Source: Candidatus Latescibacterota bacterium (GTDB taxonomy: Bacteria > Latescibacterota > UBA2968 > UBA8231). Taken from it: 64,000 nucleotides of DNA. Below are positions 1-8,776 of this stretch, one piece after another. Location of the stretch: positions 530,639 through 594,638 of the forward strand of contig CBDCNM010000002.1 of the NCBI GenBank assembly GCA_965219385.1, read 5' to 3'. The notes under the pieces are model-generated. The model made no database searches, had not been told where the DNA came from, and saw only the letters and a program-made list of their open reading frames with translations. The position numbers and the translations under genes are program-made. The first letter of the stretch is position 1, and every line of letters begins with the position of its first letter.

Positions 1-870
1 GGAGACCGCCGCGACGTGCGGCACTACCGCCTGGCCCTGGCCGGCCTGCTGCTGTCGGCGCTCTACGTCATCGCCTGGGCCTGCAGCCTGGGGACGAGCC
101 TGCCCCTGGCCGCGGGTGCCTTCGCCCTGATGGCGCTGACCTTCTTCGTCACCGTCAAGCTGATCGCCGCCACCGGGTTTCCCTATCTCATGCCCACCTG
201 GTCCAATGCCAAGGGAGGGGACTTCATCACCGAACTGATGGGTTCGGCCCGGCTCTCGCCGCAGAGCCTGGTCGCCTTCAAGTTGTTCACCAGCAATGCC
301 TTCTTCGGCAATATCCGCCTGCCGGCGTGGCCGGCCATCCCCCACCACCTGCGCATCTTCTCCCTGCGGGAACAGCCCTTCAAGGTGACGGCGGCCGTGC
401 TGGTGGCCTTTGTGGTGGGTTTCCTGGGGGCGCTCTGGGCCAGCCTGGAGGTGGCCTACGACAGGGGCGCGGCCACCTTTTTGATGGGAGCCGCCTGGGT
501 CTTCGACCAGACCGCGCACCTGCTGCAAAACCCCCGGACCAGCGCGCCGGGCAAGTGGGGCGTGTGGCTGTGGGGATTTTTCGAGGCCTGGGTCCTGACC
601 CTGCTGCGAGCCCGCCTGCACTGGTTTCCGCTCCACCCCATCGGCCTGGCCTTCCAGTACACCTCGGGCACCTCGATCTACTGGTTCAGCCTCTTCCTGG
701 TCTGGCTCGTCAAGCTGGTGCTGTTGCGCTACGGCGGCATCAAAGCTTACCGCAAGGGCAAACCCTTTTTCTACGGCCTGGGCATTGGCTACGTGGTCGG
801 GGTCGTGCTCTCCGGGGTAGTGGACGTGATCTGGTTCCCCCTGCAGGGCCACAGAGTGCACGACTGGTAA
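1..870 (+). CDS. Polytopic membrane protein, DUF6785/DUF6784-like (putative transporter), 5'-truncated by the window edge
   Basis: Frame is open from base 1; many hydrophobic helices; C-terminal WFPLHPIG...WFSLFLVWLVKLVLLRYGG...KPFFYGL motif is shared with the paralogue at 16614-18572. Confidence 0.75.
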   Translation, partial: GDRRDVRHYRLALAGLLLSALYVIAWACSLGTSLPLAAGAFALMALTFFVTVKLIAATGFPYLMPTWSNAKGGDFITELMGSARLSPQSLVAFKLFTSNAFFGNIRLPAWPAIPHHLRIFSLREQPFKVTAAVLVAFVVGFLGALWASLEVAYDRGAATFLMGAAWVFDQTAHLLQNPRTSAPGKWGVWLWGFFEAWVLTLLRARLHWFPLHPIGLAFQYTSGTSIYWFSLFLVWLVKLVLLRYGGIKAYRKGKPFFYGLGIGYVVGVVLSGVVDVIWFPLQGHRVHDW

Positions 871-879
871 GGGGGCTTC

Positions 880-1032
880 TCAAAGACCCAGGGCCTCCCT
901 CCCCTCCACCGTCACCCGCGCCACGTTCCAGGCCGGCTCCCAGGTGCAGTCCACGATCACCTCGCGCACCCCGTCCACTTCGAGCAGACGCTGGCGCAGG
1001 GGGCCGGCAAGATACCCGAACTTGGGCCGGCC
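880..1032 (-). pseudogene. C-terminal fragment of a DUF59/SufT-like metal-sulfur cluster assembly factor
   Basis: GRPKFGYLAGPLRQRLLEVDGVREVIVDCTWEPAWNVARVTVEGREALGL matches the DUF59 C-terminal W-P-W pattern; no plausible N-terminal half or start. Confidence 0.55.
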
Positions 1033-1052
1033 AGTATTAATTTGATCGAACT

Positions 1053-3803
1053 CTAAGCCGGCGCCGACTCCTTCACCTTCTCGATGCGCACCGGGCAAAC
1101 CTTGAGTTCGGCGGTGTAGGTGATCGGGTCGTAGCCCGAGCCGGTCAGGATGTTCACCGGTACATCGTTGAAGCCGAAACTGGCAAAGACCGTGCCGCGC
1201 GGCGAGCGCCGGTTGGCCTGGACCTTGATCTCGATGGCGCCGCGAGCGCTCGACATACGGCACCAGCCCCCGTCCTCCAGACCCCATGCCGCCACATCCT
1301 CCGGGTGCACCTCCAGGCTCTCCTCGGAGAGCAGGTAGTCGATGCCTTGGGCGCGGCCAGTCTGGGTGCGGGTGTGGTAGGACGGCAGCCGCCGGCCGGT
1401 GGTGAGCCAGATGGGGAACTCGGCGCTGATGATCTCGGCCGGATCGCGGTACTTGATCACTTTGAATATGCCGCGGCCGTTCCTGAATTCGCCCTGGTGC
1501 AGGATGGGGGTGCCGGGGTGATTCTCGTCAGGTACGGGCCACTGGTATTCGCCCCTGTCGATGCGTTCCCAGTCCAGACCGGCGTAGATCGGCGCCACAG
1601 AGCACAACTCGTTGAACACCTCGCTGGCCGACTCGAATTCGAAGCCGGCTAAGCCCAGTCGCCGGGCGATCCGGGAGACGATCCACCAGTCGGGCCGGGC
1701 CTCGCCCGGTGGCGATACCGCCTGGCGCAGGCGCTGCACCCTGCGCTCGGTGTTGGTGCAGGATCCGTCGGTTTCGCCCCAGGCCGTGGCCGGCAGCACC
1801 ACGTCGGCCAGACGGGCGGTCTCAGTCATGAAGATGTCGATGACCACCAGGTGGTCCAGACTTTTGAGGGCGCGCTCGCAGTGCTGGCGGTCCGGGTCGG
1901 AGACTAGGGTGTTCTCCCCGTTGATGAGCATGGCGCGGATCTGCTCGCCGCAGCGCTCCAGGGCCTGGACCTTGGTGATACCGTTCTCGCACTCGATTTC
2001 CTTGCCGTAGAGTTTTTTGAATTTGGCCTGGCTCTGCGGGTCGGCAACCGGCTGGAACCCCGGGTAGTTGCTAGGCACCGCGCCCGAGTCGCCGGCCCCC
2101 TGGATGTTGTTCTGGCCGCGCATGGGGTTGATGCCGGTGCCCTCGCGGCCCACATTGCCGGTCATCAGCGCCAAGTTGCACAGACTCTGGACATTGTCGA
2201 CCCCGCAGATGTGCTCGGTGATCCCCAGGGTGTAGTAGATGGCGCTCTTGTCGGCCCGGCCGTACCACAGCGCCGCCTTCTCGATGTCGCGGGCCGGTAC
2301 TCCGGTGATCTTCTCAGCCCACGCGGGCGGGAAACTTTTGACGTGTCCGAGGAAGTCCTCGGCCCCGGTGGTGCGCTGCGCGATAAAGTCGGGGTCCACC
2401 AGACCCTCGCGCTCGATCACGTGCGCCATCCCCAGAAGCAGGGCCACGTCCGAACCCACCCGGATCGGCAGGTAGAGGTGGGCCATCTCCGCCAGGGGGA
2501 TCCGCCTGGGATCGGCCACCACCATTCGGGCGCCGTTTGCCATCGCCTTTTTGAGGCGGGTCGCGGCCACGGGGTGGCATTCGGTCATATTGGTTCCGAT
2601 ACAGAAGATCACATCGGGTTTTTCCATGTCCTCCAGGGGGTTCGACATGGCACCGCGTCCGATGGTGGCTGCCAGACCGGCAACCGTGGGAGCGTGTCAG
2701 GCACGGCTACAGTTGTCTATCTGGTGGGTGCCGAACCCGGACCGGATGAACTTCTGCATGGTGTAGGCCGCCTCGGTGGGGGCGCGGCCCGAAGCCACCC
2801 CGTAGATGCTGTGGCGGCCGTGCTCCTCAAAGGCTTTGCGGAAGCCCCCGGCGGTCCGTTCCAGCGCCGTGTCCCAGTCGGTCTCGCGGAACTGGCCGTC
2901 AACGCCGCGCACCAGCGGGCGGGCCAGGCGGTCCGCATGCTGCACAAAGTCGAAGGCGAACTGCCCCTTGACGCACAGGGCACCCTCGTTGGCCGGTCCG
3001 TCCATAGCCGGGTGGATACCCACCAGGCGGTCCTCCTTGGTCAAAAGATCCACCGAGCAACCCACGCCGCAGTAGGGACAGATCGAACGGGTCTTTTCGA
3101 TTTCGCCGGGCTGTTCGGCGGCGCGCAGGGCCTTTTTGTCGGCCAGGGCTCCGGTCGGGCAGGTCTGCACGCACTGGCCGCAGAAGGTGCAGGAGGAGTC
3201 CTTGAGCAAGCCGTTGAACTCGGTGGTGATCTGGGTGTGGAAGCCGCGGTTCATGATGTTGATGGCGTGGTCCCCTTCCTGCTCGGCGCAGACCCGCACG
3301 CAGCGGTTGCAGGAGATGCACAGATCGTAGTCGCGCAGGATGAAGGGGTTGTCGTCCTCCTGGTTGCTGCGGCCCGACTGCTGGCCGGCAAAGCGGCCGC
3401 TGCGCGCCTGGTAGCGGTCCACCAGGGCGGTCAGCTCCTGCGAGGCGTACCCGCGCAGGGGGTCTACGTCAATCTCGCGGTTTTCAGAGGCGACCAGTTC
3501 GAGCAGAACCTTGCGGTGGTTTTCGATCTGGTCGGTGCGGGTCCGCACCTTCATGCCCGGAGTGGCTCTGGTGGTGCACGAAGCCACTGGATTGCGCTCC
3601 CCTTCGACCTCGACCACGCACAGGCGGCAGCTGCCAAAGGGCTCCAGGCGGGGGTCGTAGCACAGGGTGGGCACCTCGGCGCGGTGCCGCTGGGTCACCT
3701 CGTAGATGGTCTCGCCCTCTGCGAAGCGGATCTCCTCACCGTCCAGGGTCATGATCTCGCCCTTCTCTTCCTCTTCGATCTCAAGGTCCATGGTAGCCGT
3801 CAT
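1053..3803 (-). CDS. fdhF: Formate dehydrogenase alpha subunit (Mo/W-bisPGD, N-terminal Fe-S domains), selenocysteine at codon 369
   Basis: ORFs 2697-4256 and 1053-2648 are in the same frame, joined by TGA 2697-2699 in IDNCSRA-U-HAPTVAGL; CRLCVVEV, CISCNRCVRVC, CTFCGQCVQTC and CPYCGVGC cluster motifs; ATG at 3803 overlaps the upstream stop (ATGA). Confidence 0.93.
2667..2699 (-). promoter_or_regulatory. Bacterial SECIS-like hairpin after the Sec UGA
   Basis: mRNA UGA CAC GCU CCC AC GGUUGCC-GGUCU-GGCAGCC: 7-bp stem starting 11 nt after UGA with a G-rich loop, similar to the E. coli fdhF SECIS. Confidence 0.8.
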
Positions 3804-5476
3804 TGCGCTCTTCCTTTCAGGGCTCCTGTAACTTGATCTGGAAAGTACTTCAGCAAACTCTCGGTGATATTGGGCGCGGCCATGCCCAGGCCACAGGCGC
3901 TGGTGGCCATCATGGTGCGGCCGATATCCCGCACCTCCTCGACCCACTTTTCCTCCTCTCCGGGACCGGCCTGTCCGGCCAGGCGCTCGGTCAGGCGCTG
4001 GGTGCCGATGCGGCAGGGAAAACACTTGCCGCACGACTCCTCGGCGAAGAATTCCATGGCGTGGTGCGCCATCTCGACCATGTCGCGGCTGTCGTCGAAG
4101 ACCATGACGCCGCCAGCGCCCAGGAAAGAGCCCTTGCCGCGGATGCCGGGCTCGTCCAGGGTTACATCCAGGTCCTCGCCTCCCAGGAACCCGCCCGACA
4201 GACCGGCCATGGTCACCGCCTGGATCGAACGGCTCACAGGCGGCCCCCCGGCCCACTCGTAGAGCAGGGTCTCCAGGGGCAGCCCCAGGGGCACCTCGTA
4301 GTTGCCGGGAATCTGGATATCGCCCGAGAGGCTGATCAGCTTGGTGCCGGCCTGGCCGTTGTGGCCCAGGCCCTGGTACCAGGCGGCCCCGCGCCTGAGA
4401 ATCTGGGGCGCCGAAGCCAGGGTCTCGACGTTGTTGACCACAGTGGGCAGGTTTTCGTACCCGTGGGTCACCGGGAAGGGCGGTCGGTTGCGCGGCAGGG
4501 GCCGCTTGCCCTCCAGGCTGTTGAGCAGGGACCCTTCCTCGCCGCAGATATAGGCGCCGGCGCCGCGCCGCAGGTAGATTTCAAACTCGAAGTCCCGGCC
4601 CGCGATCCCCTGGCCGAGAAAACCGGCTTCCCTGGCTTCGACCAGGGCCTTTCCGAGGATCCCGAGGGTCTCGGGGTACTCGTAGCGCAGGTAGATAAAA
4701 CCCCGGGTAGCGCCGGTGGCATAGGCGGCGATGATCATGCCCTCGACCACGGCGTGAGGGTCCAGGTCCAGAATTGCCCGGTCCTTGAAGCAGCCCGGCT
4801 CGCCCTCGTCGGCATTGCACACAACGGTCTTGGGGGCGCTCGGGGCGTCGGCCACGGCCCGCCACTTTTTTCCGGTGGGAAAGCCGGCGCCGCCGCGACC
4901 GGCCAGCTTGCTCTCGTCCACCAGCGCCACCACCTCGTCCGGAGGTTTTTCCAGGGCCCGCTTCAATCCCTCGTACCCGCCGCTGGCCCGGTAGCCTTGG
5001 ATGGTAGCCCGGCCCGACGCGCGAATCCCGCCAAAGACGCACTCCTCGCACCCGCCCGGGTTGGGCCGGGGCATGGGGGAGGGCCGGGTCTCCAGGACCC
5101 CGGCGCTGGTGCCCACCAGGGCCTGATGCTCCCGGAGTACGGGGATGGGATCGTCACAGCGCCCGGCGCAGGGCATGGGGGTAGCGCCCTCCTCGGCCAG
5201 GGCCTCGAGCAACTCCCGGCCGCCCTTGAGGCGACAGATATTGCCGGTGCATACCCGCGGGGCGTTGAGTCGGGCGGGCGGGCGGGCAAAGTGGTGATAG
5301 AAGGTAAAGGTGCCGAAAAGCTCGGCCAGAGGTATATCGAGCCCCCTGGCCACGGTGCGGATGGCCGCGTCGGAGACAAAGCCGTCGCGCTCGTGGAAGG
5401 CGTGCAGCAAGGGCAAGAGAGGCGCGGGTTGGTCGCGCCAGCAATCTATGAGTTCCTGGTCGGATGGAAGGGTCAA
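3800..5476 (-). CDS. NuoE-NuoF-like fusion (2Fe-2S, FMN/NADH-binding, 4Fe-4S), diaphorase subunit of the formate dehydrogenase
   Basis: GRGGAGFPTG, CNADEGEPG, GAGAYICGEE and ESCGKCFPCRIG motifs; N-terminal NuoE-like region with CTGNIC...CAGRC. Confidence 0.9.
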   Translation of the reverse strand: MTLPSDQELIDCWRDQPAPLLPLLHAFHERDGFVSDAAIRTVARGLDIPLAELFGTFTFYHHFARPPARLNAPRVCTGNICRLKGGRELLEALAEEGATPMPCAGRCDDPIPVLREHQALVGTSAGVLETRPSPMPRPNPGGCEECVFGGIRASGRATIQGYRASGGYEGLKRALEKPPDEVVALVDESKLAGRGGAGFPTGKKWRAVADAPSAPKTVVCNADEGEPGCFKDRAILDLDPHAVVEGMIIAAYATGATRGFIYLRYEYPETLGILGKALVEAREAGFLGQGIAGRDFEFEIYLRRGAGAYICGEEGSLLNSLEGKRPLPRNRPPFPVTHGYENLPTVVNNVETLASAPQILRRGAAWYQGLGHNGQAGTKLISLSGDIQIPGNYEVPLGLPLETLLYEWAGGPPVSRSIQAVTMAGLSGGFLGGEDLDVTLDEPGIRGKGSFLGAGGVMVFDDSRDMVEMAHHAMEFFAEESCGKCFPCRIGTQRLTERLAGQAGPGEEEKWVEEVRDIGRTMMATSACGLGMAAPNITESLLKYFPDQVTGALKGRAQ

Positions 5477-5625
5477 AGCCAGGCTCCGCGCAGCAAGGAG
5501 AAAACAAGGTTAAAAAAAATACACGCTACCAAAGCATAGAAAAATTAACCGCCGTGTCAACTTACCTACGTACTTGAGCGGAATCCCTCGGCATCAAAAA
5601 TCCAGCCGCTAACTTCGGCGGTCTT

Positions 5626-5951
5626 TTAGTGAGGGATGTGAAGAAATGCACCCAGGTGAATTATGTGAAGCAACTCGTCGACTTGAGACATTAATGGGTC
5701 AACATCCACTCGCCGATTGCTGGATGCTTTGAGAAGAATAATGGAAAGGTCAAATTGCGTGAGGCTCTGCTGGTATTCTATAACTTTGATCCATCGTTAT
5801 GAATACATCAAATTCACGTTGAGCAAGGCTTAAAAGTTCTCCATTTTCTTCACCTGACCATCCGCAGTTCTTGTACGGTTAGAACGGTGTGTTGTAAGTC
5901 AAAAACTTTTTTTAGTCTACGATCTATGTTTTCATCCAACAGGATGCGCAT
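5626..5951 (-). pseudogene. DUF5615/VapC45-like PIN-domain toxin with two frameshifts
   Basis: Manual translation: MRILLDENIDRRLKK...TVQE / GWSGEENGELLSLAQREFDVFITMDQS / IEYQQSL...IILLKASSNRRVD...; not in the ORF track. Confidence 0.75.
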
Positions 5952-6161
5952 ACCCGGCTTCTTTCAGGAGAGATTCTTGGGCGAGTTGTAAGAATTCTTG
6001 TGCTTGTTCGCGGCTTACCGTTGGAAATCCATCTAAGAAATCCTTGAGACGCCTGCTTTTAGATGGTCAATAGGTGATTGTAGAGGTACACGAGTACCCT
6101 TAAAGACAGGTGTGCCACCAAGGATCTTTTTATCACATATGATAATTTGATCGCATTTCAT
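5932..6161 (-). pseudogene. DUF433 antitoxin, frameshifted
   Basis: MKCDQIIICDKKILGGTPVFKGTRVP...HLKAGV / LKDFLDGFPTVSREQA; AAGGAG RBS; overlaps the toxin start. Confidence 0.8.
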
Positions 6162-6180
6162 CTTTCACTCCTTGAAAATA

Positions 6181-7821
6181 TCAGTACTTCACAGAATCGT
6201 TTGAGAGAGCGAGTATGAACTCAATGACTTTTGCCCTGATCTGACCGAATTCTCGCGGCGCGAATTCCGGGCATTGACTGTAAAGGTCTCGCTCATCCCA
6301 TCGCTCTATGGTCGGCGGTCGGTCGGCGTGGGTATTCCACCTGACCCTGTCTTGCATTTTTTCCAACCAGGCCCCGGCTTCGTCCGCGGTTTGGGAACCT
6401 GGATGTTCGGAGAGAAGCGTCTGGAGGGCACACAAACAGCGATAATCCTTGATTCCTTCGCGCCGGGTTTCCCAACCCACGGACGAGACCGGACCGGCGA
6501 GACTGGGCAGGACGTAGTTGAAAGGACTATAGCGCTCTTTTTCCCAGCCGAACATCTGGTAGTCGGTATAACACCACAAGAAGTTTCCTTGCAAACCCAG
6601 CGCCCAGGTATAAAGTCCCGGGTAGAAACGATTGAAGGTCGGATTGGTGCCGCGGTGCTGGCAATCGTAGGTCCACATCTCCCCTCCAATCTCCTGGGCC
6701 AGCGCCTTGAGTTCGGCGTCGATTTCCCCGTTGTGGACGACCCACACATCCAGCTGTCTGGCGAAATACCGCGCGGAATCCTGGCTGATGGCCGTTACCA
6801 GGCGGCCGTCGGGGCGAAATCTCTGCAGCCGGTTGAACCCTTCGATGCAACTCTGACCGCGCTCGCCCGTATAGGCGGGTTCGTCCGGGGCGTACAGGAG
6901 GAGTTCGGGCCAGCCTTGCCGGCGACACTGTGTTTTCAAGGACGCCGCGAACTTTCTGGCCGCCGCCTCGTCGAGGTCGCCCGTTCCCCCCAGCAACATA
7001 ACCGGAATCTCGGGGCGAATGAGGCCATCCGCAAGCATATCTTCGATGATTCCCGTCGTCTGTTTTCCCTCCAGTTGCAATTCCCCATTTTCACGGCAGA
7101 TGGCGTCGGGCGCATATACTGTCGCGCTGGTGTGGCCGTGCGCGACCATGTCTTGATAATACAGCCGCATCAGTCTCTTCTTTTGATATTTTTGGTCCAG
7201 CAAAAGGGGACGGAAGTACATTCCGTAGGCAATCTCCGCAGATGGAAGTGAAAGCGGCAGCACCTTGATGGAAAACCGAAGCTGTTTTCTGGGCAACTGA
7301 TGCCGGTCGCGATGAGAATCCACGCGGCCCCCTTCGTGCAACAGCAGCGCTAGCTTTCCTTCGTAAACCCCCTCCTCGGTTCCCGCGGGGATGTGGACCG
7401 TCAGCCAGTAAACGGTGTTTTTCCCGGCCTCGATGCGGGTGGTGGCCTGACGCGGCAACCAGTATGGAATGCCCAGTCTTCGCCCTCCCTCAACGGGAGC
7501 CGGCGGCACCACTCTTTGGTGAAATTCAACGCTCATTACCTCAATTGGAAATTCGGACTCCTCTACCTCCAGGGTAACCATACCGGCATCCCGCAAGCCC
7601 CAGATACCCAGGACCAGCGACTCAAATTCACCTGCCATGGTCTCACAGACCGGCGTCCCCTCCAAGTCCGCTGGCAACGGTGGTTGTTCTTCAAAGAACG
7701 GGGTGGTAGAGTCCCCCCACCAGATAGCGCACCCTTGCGTCCATTGACTCTGGCTGAATTCGGGCGCCCGTCGGACAGGTGGCAATACCTTTAATTGATC
7801 TGGGTTGTTTTGGTCCGGCAT
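6181..7821 (-). CDS. Hypothetical protein, DUF4091/GH123-like putative glycoside hydrolase
   Basis: Ig-like N-terminus (YWLTVHIPAGTEEGVYEG), YAPDEP motif, C-terminal SVGWETRREGIKDYR; AAGGAG RBS before ATG 7821. Confidence 0.6.
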   Translation of the reverse strand: MPDQNNPDQLKVLPPVRRAPEFSQSQWTQGCAIWWGDSTTPFFEEQPPLPADLEGTPVCETMAGEFESLVLGIWGLRDAGMVTLEVEESEFPIEVMSVEFHQRVVPPAPVEGGRRLGIPYWLPRQATTRIEAGKNTVYWLTVHIPAGTEEGVYEGKLALLLHEGGRVDSHRDRHQLPRKQLRFSIKVLPLSLPSAEIAYGMYFRPLLLDQKYQKKRLMRLYYQDMVAHGHTSATVYAPDAICRENGELQLEGKQTTGIIEDMLADGLIRPEIPVMLLGGTGDLDEAAARKFAASLKTQCRRQGWPELLLYAPDEPAYTGERGQSCIEGFNRLQRFRPDGRLVTAISQDSARYFARQLDVWVVHNGEIDAELKALAQEIGGEMWTYDCQHRGTNPTFNRFYPGLYTWALGLQGNFLWCYTDYQMFGWEKERYSPFNYVLPSLAGPVSSVGWETRREGIKDYRCLCALQTLLSEHPGSQTADEAGAWLEKMQDRVRWNTHADRPPTIERWDERDLYSQCPEFAPREFGQIRAKVIEFILALSNDSVKY

Positions 7822-8009
7822 GATTGCTCCTTTCTGGTGGCGACATAGCCGTCGAGTCATTCACTACTTTGCAATTTGGAACTTCCACCTCGAATTTGCA
7901 AGTTCTTTCGGGACGGGATGCCTCGTCCTAATGGCACCACACCGACTACTCCGTCGGTCCGAGTATTTTAAATATTGCCTGAACGTATCCATTCGGATAC
8001 ATTAAAATC

Positions 8010-8295
8010 ATGTATACCGTCGTTCGTACGGCCGCCTTTGATGAGTGGCTTGCCAAACTCAAGGATGCTCGCGGCAAAGCCCGAATTGTCGAGCGCATTC
8101 GCTCTGCCGAACGAGGCAACTTTGGAGATTGCGAGCCGGTCGGAAACGCGCATTCATTTCGGTCCCGGCTATCGAGTATATTTCACACGCATAGGTGCAG
8201 TGGTCTATGTGCTGCTCTGCGGCGGCACTAAGCGTAGTCAGAAACGAGATATTGCTAAAGCCCATGAAATGGTTAGGTTTCTGCAGGAGGAGTGA
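8010..8295 (+). pseudogene. RelE/HigB-type addiction module killer protein, frameshifted
   Basis: MYTVVRTAAFDEWLAKLKDARGKARI...GNFGDCEPVG continues in another frame as ETRIHFGPGYRVYF...LLCGGTKRSQKRDI; small deletion near 8140-8150. Confidence 0.8.
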
Positions 8296-8297
8296 AG

Positions 8298-8606
8298 ATG
8301 AGCAAACACAATGAGTTGGGTCTCGCGCCCTTTGATGCCAGTGATTATCTAGATAGCGAAGAAGCCATTGCCGAGTACTTAACAGCGGCGTTGGAAAATC
8401 CCGACCCCGATGCATTCTTGGTCGCCGTACGGGATGTAGCCAAAGCCCAAGGTATATCAAAAGTGGCGGCAATGGCCGGTCTTAGCCGCGAAAACTTGTA
8501 CAAAGCACTTAAACCTGGGGCACAACCGCGCTTTGATACGATTCGTCGTCTACTGGGCGCTTTGGGGGTCAGGCTTGATGTCGCACCGCCGCACCCCCGC
8601 CCCTAA
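8298..8606 (+). CDS. Addiction module antidote protein (HigA-like HTH)
   Basis: PFDASDYLDSEEAIAEYL...VAKAQGISKVAAMAGLSRENLYKALKPGAQPRFDT; follows the toxin. Confidence 0.88.
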   Translation: MSKHNELGLAPFDASDYLDSEEAIAEYLTAALENPDPDAFLVAVRDVAKAQGISKVAAMAGLSRENLYKALKPGAQPRFDTIRRLLGALGVRLDVAPPHPRP

Positions 8607-8776
8607 ACATGTGCCGCGCCTGATCATCATCGCGGCCTGATGCCCGCGTTGTCCTGCCCACAGATCCGCTGCCGACGCCTATCTGGAACTGCTCATCCTT
8701 GCCGCTGGCTTCTGCATCCTCAAAGATCACTGCCGAAGGACCCGATTGGCGCCCGTGCCCCAACCTGGAAAATCTG

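Noticed and set aside
2211..5539. Long plus-strand ORFs over the FDH genes and similar shadow ORFs elsewhere (e.g. 49078-50709, 52928-54454)
   Set aside because: They overlap well-supported genes on the opposite strand, as expected from high-GC codon bias
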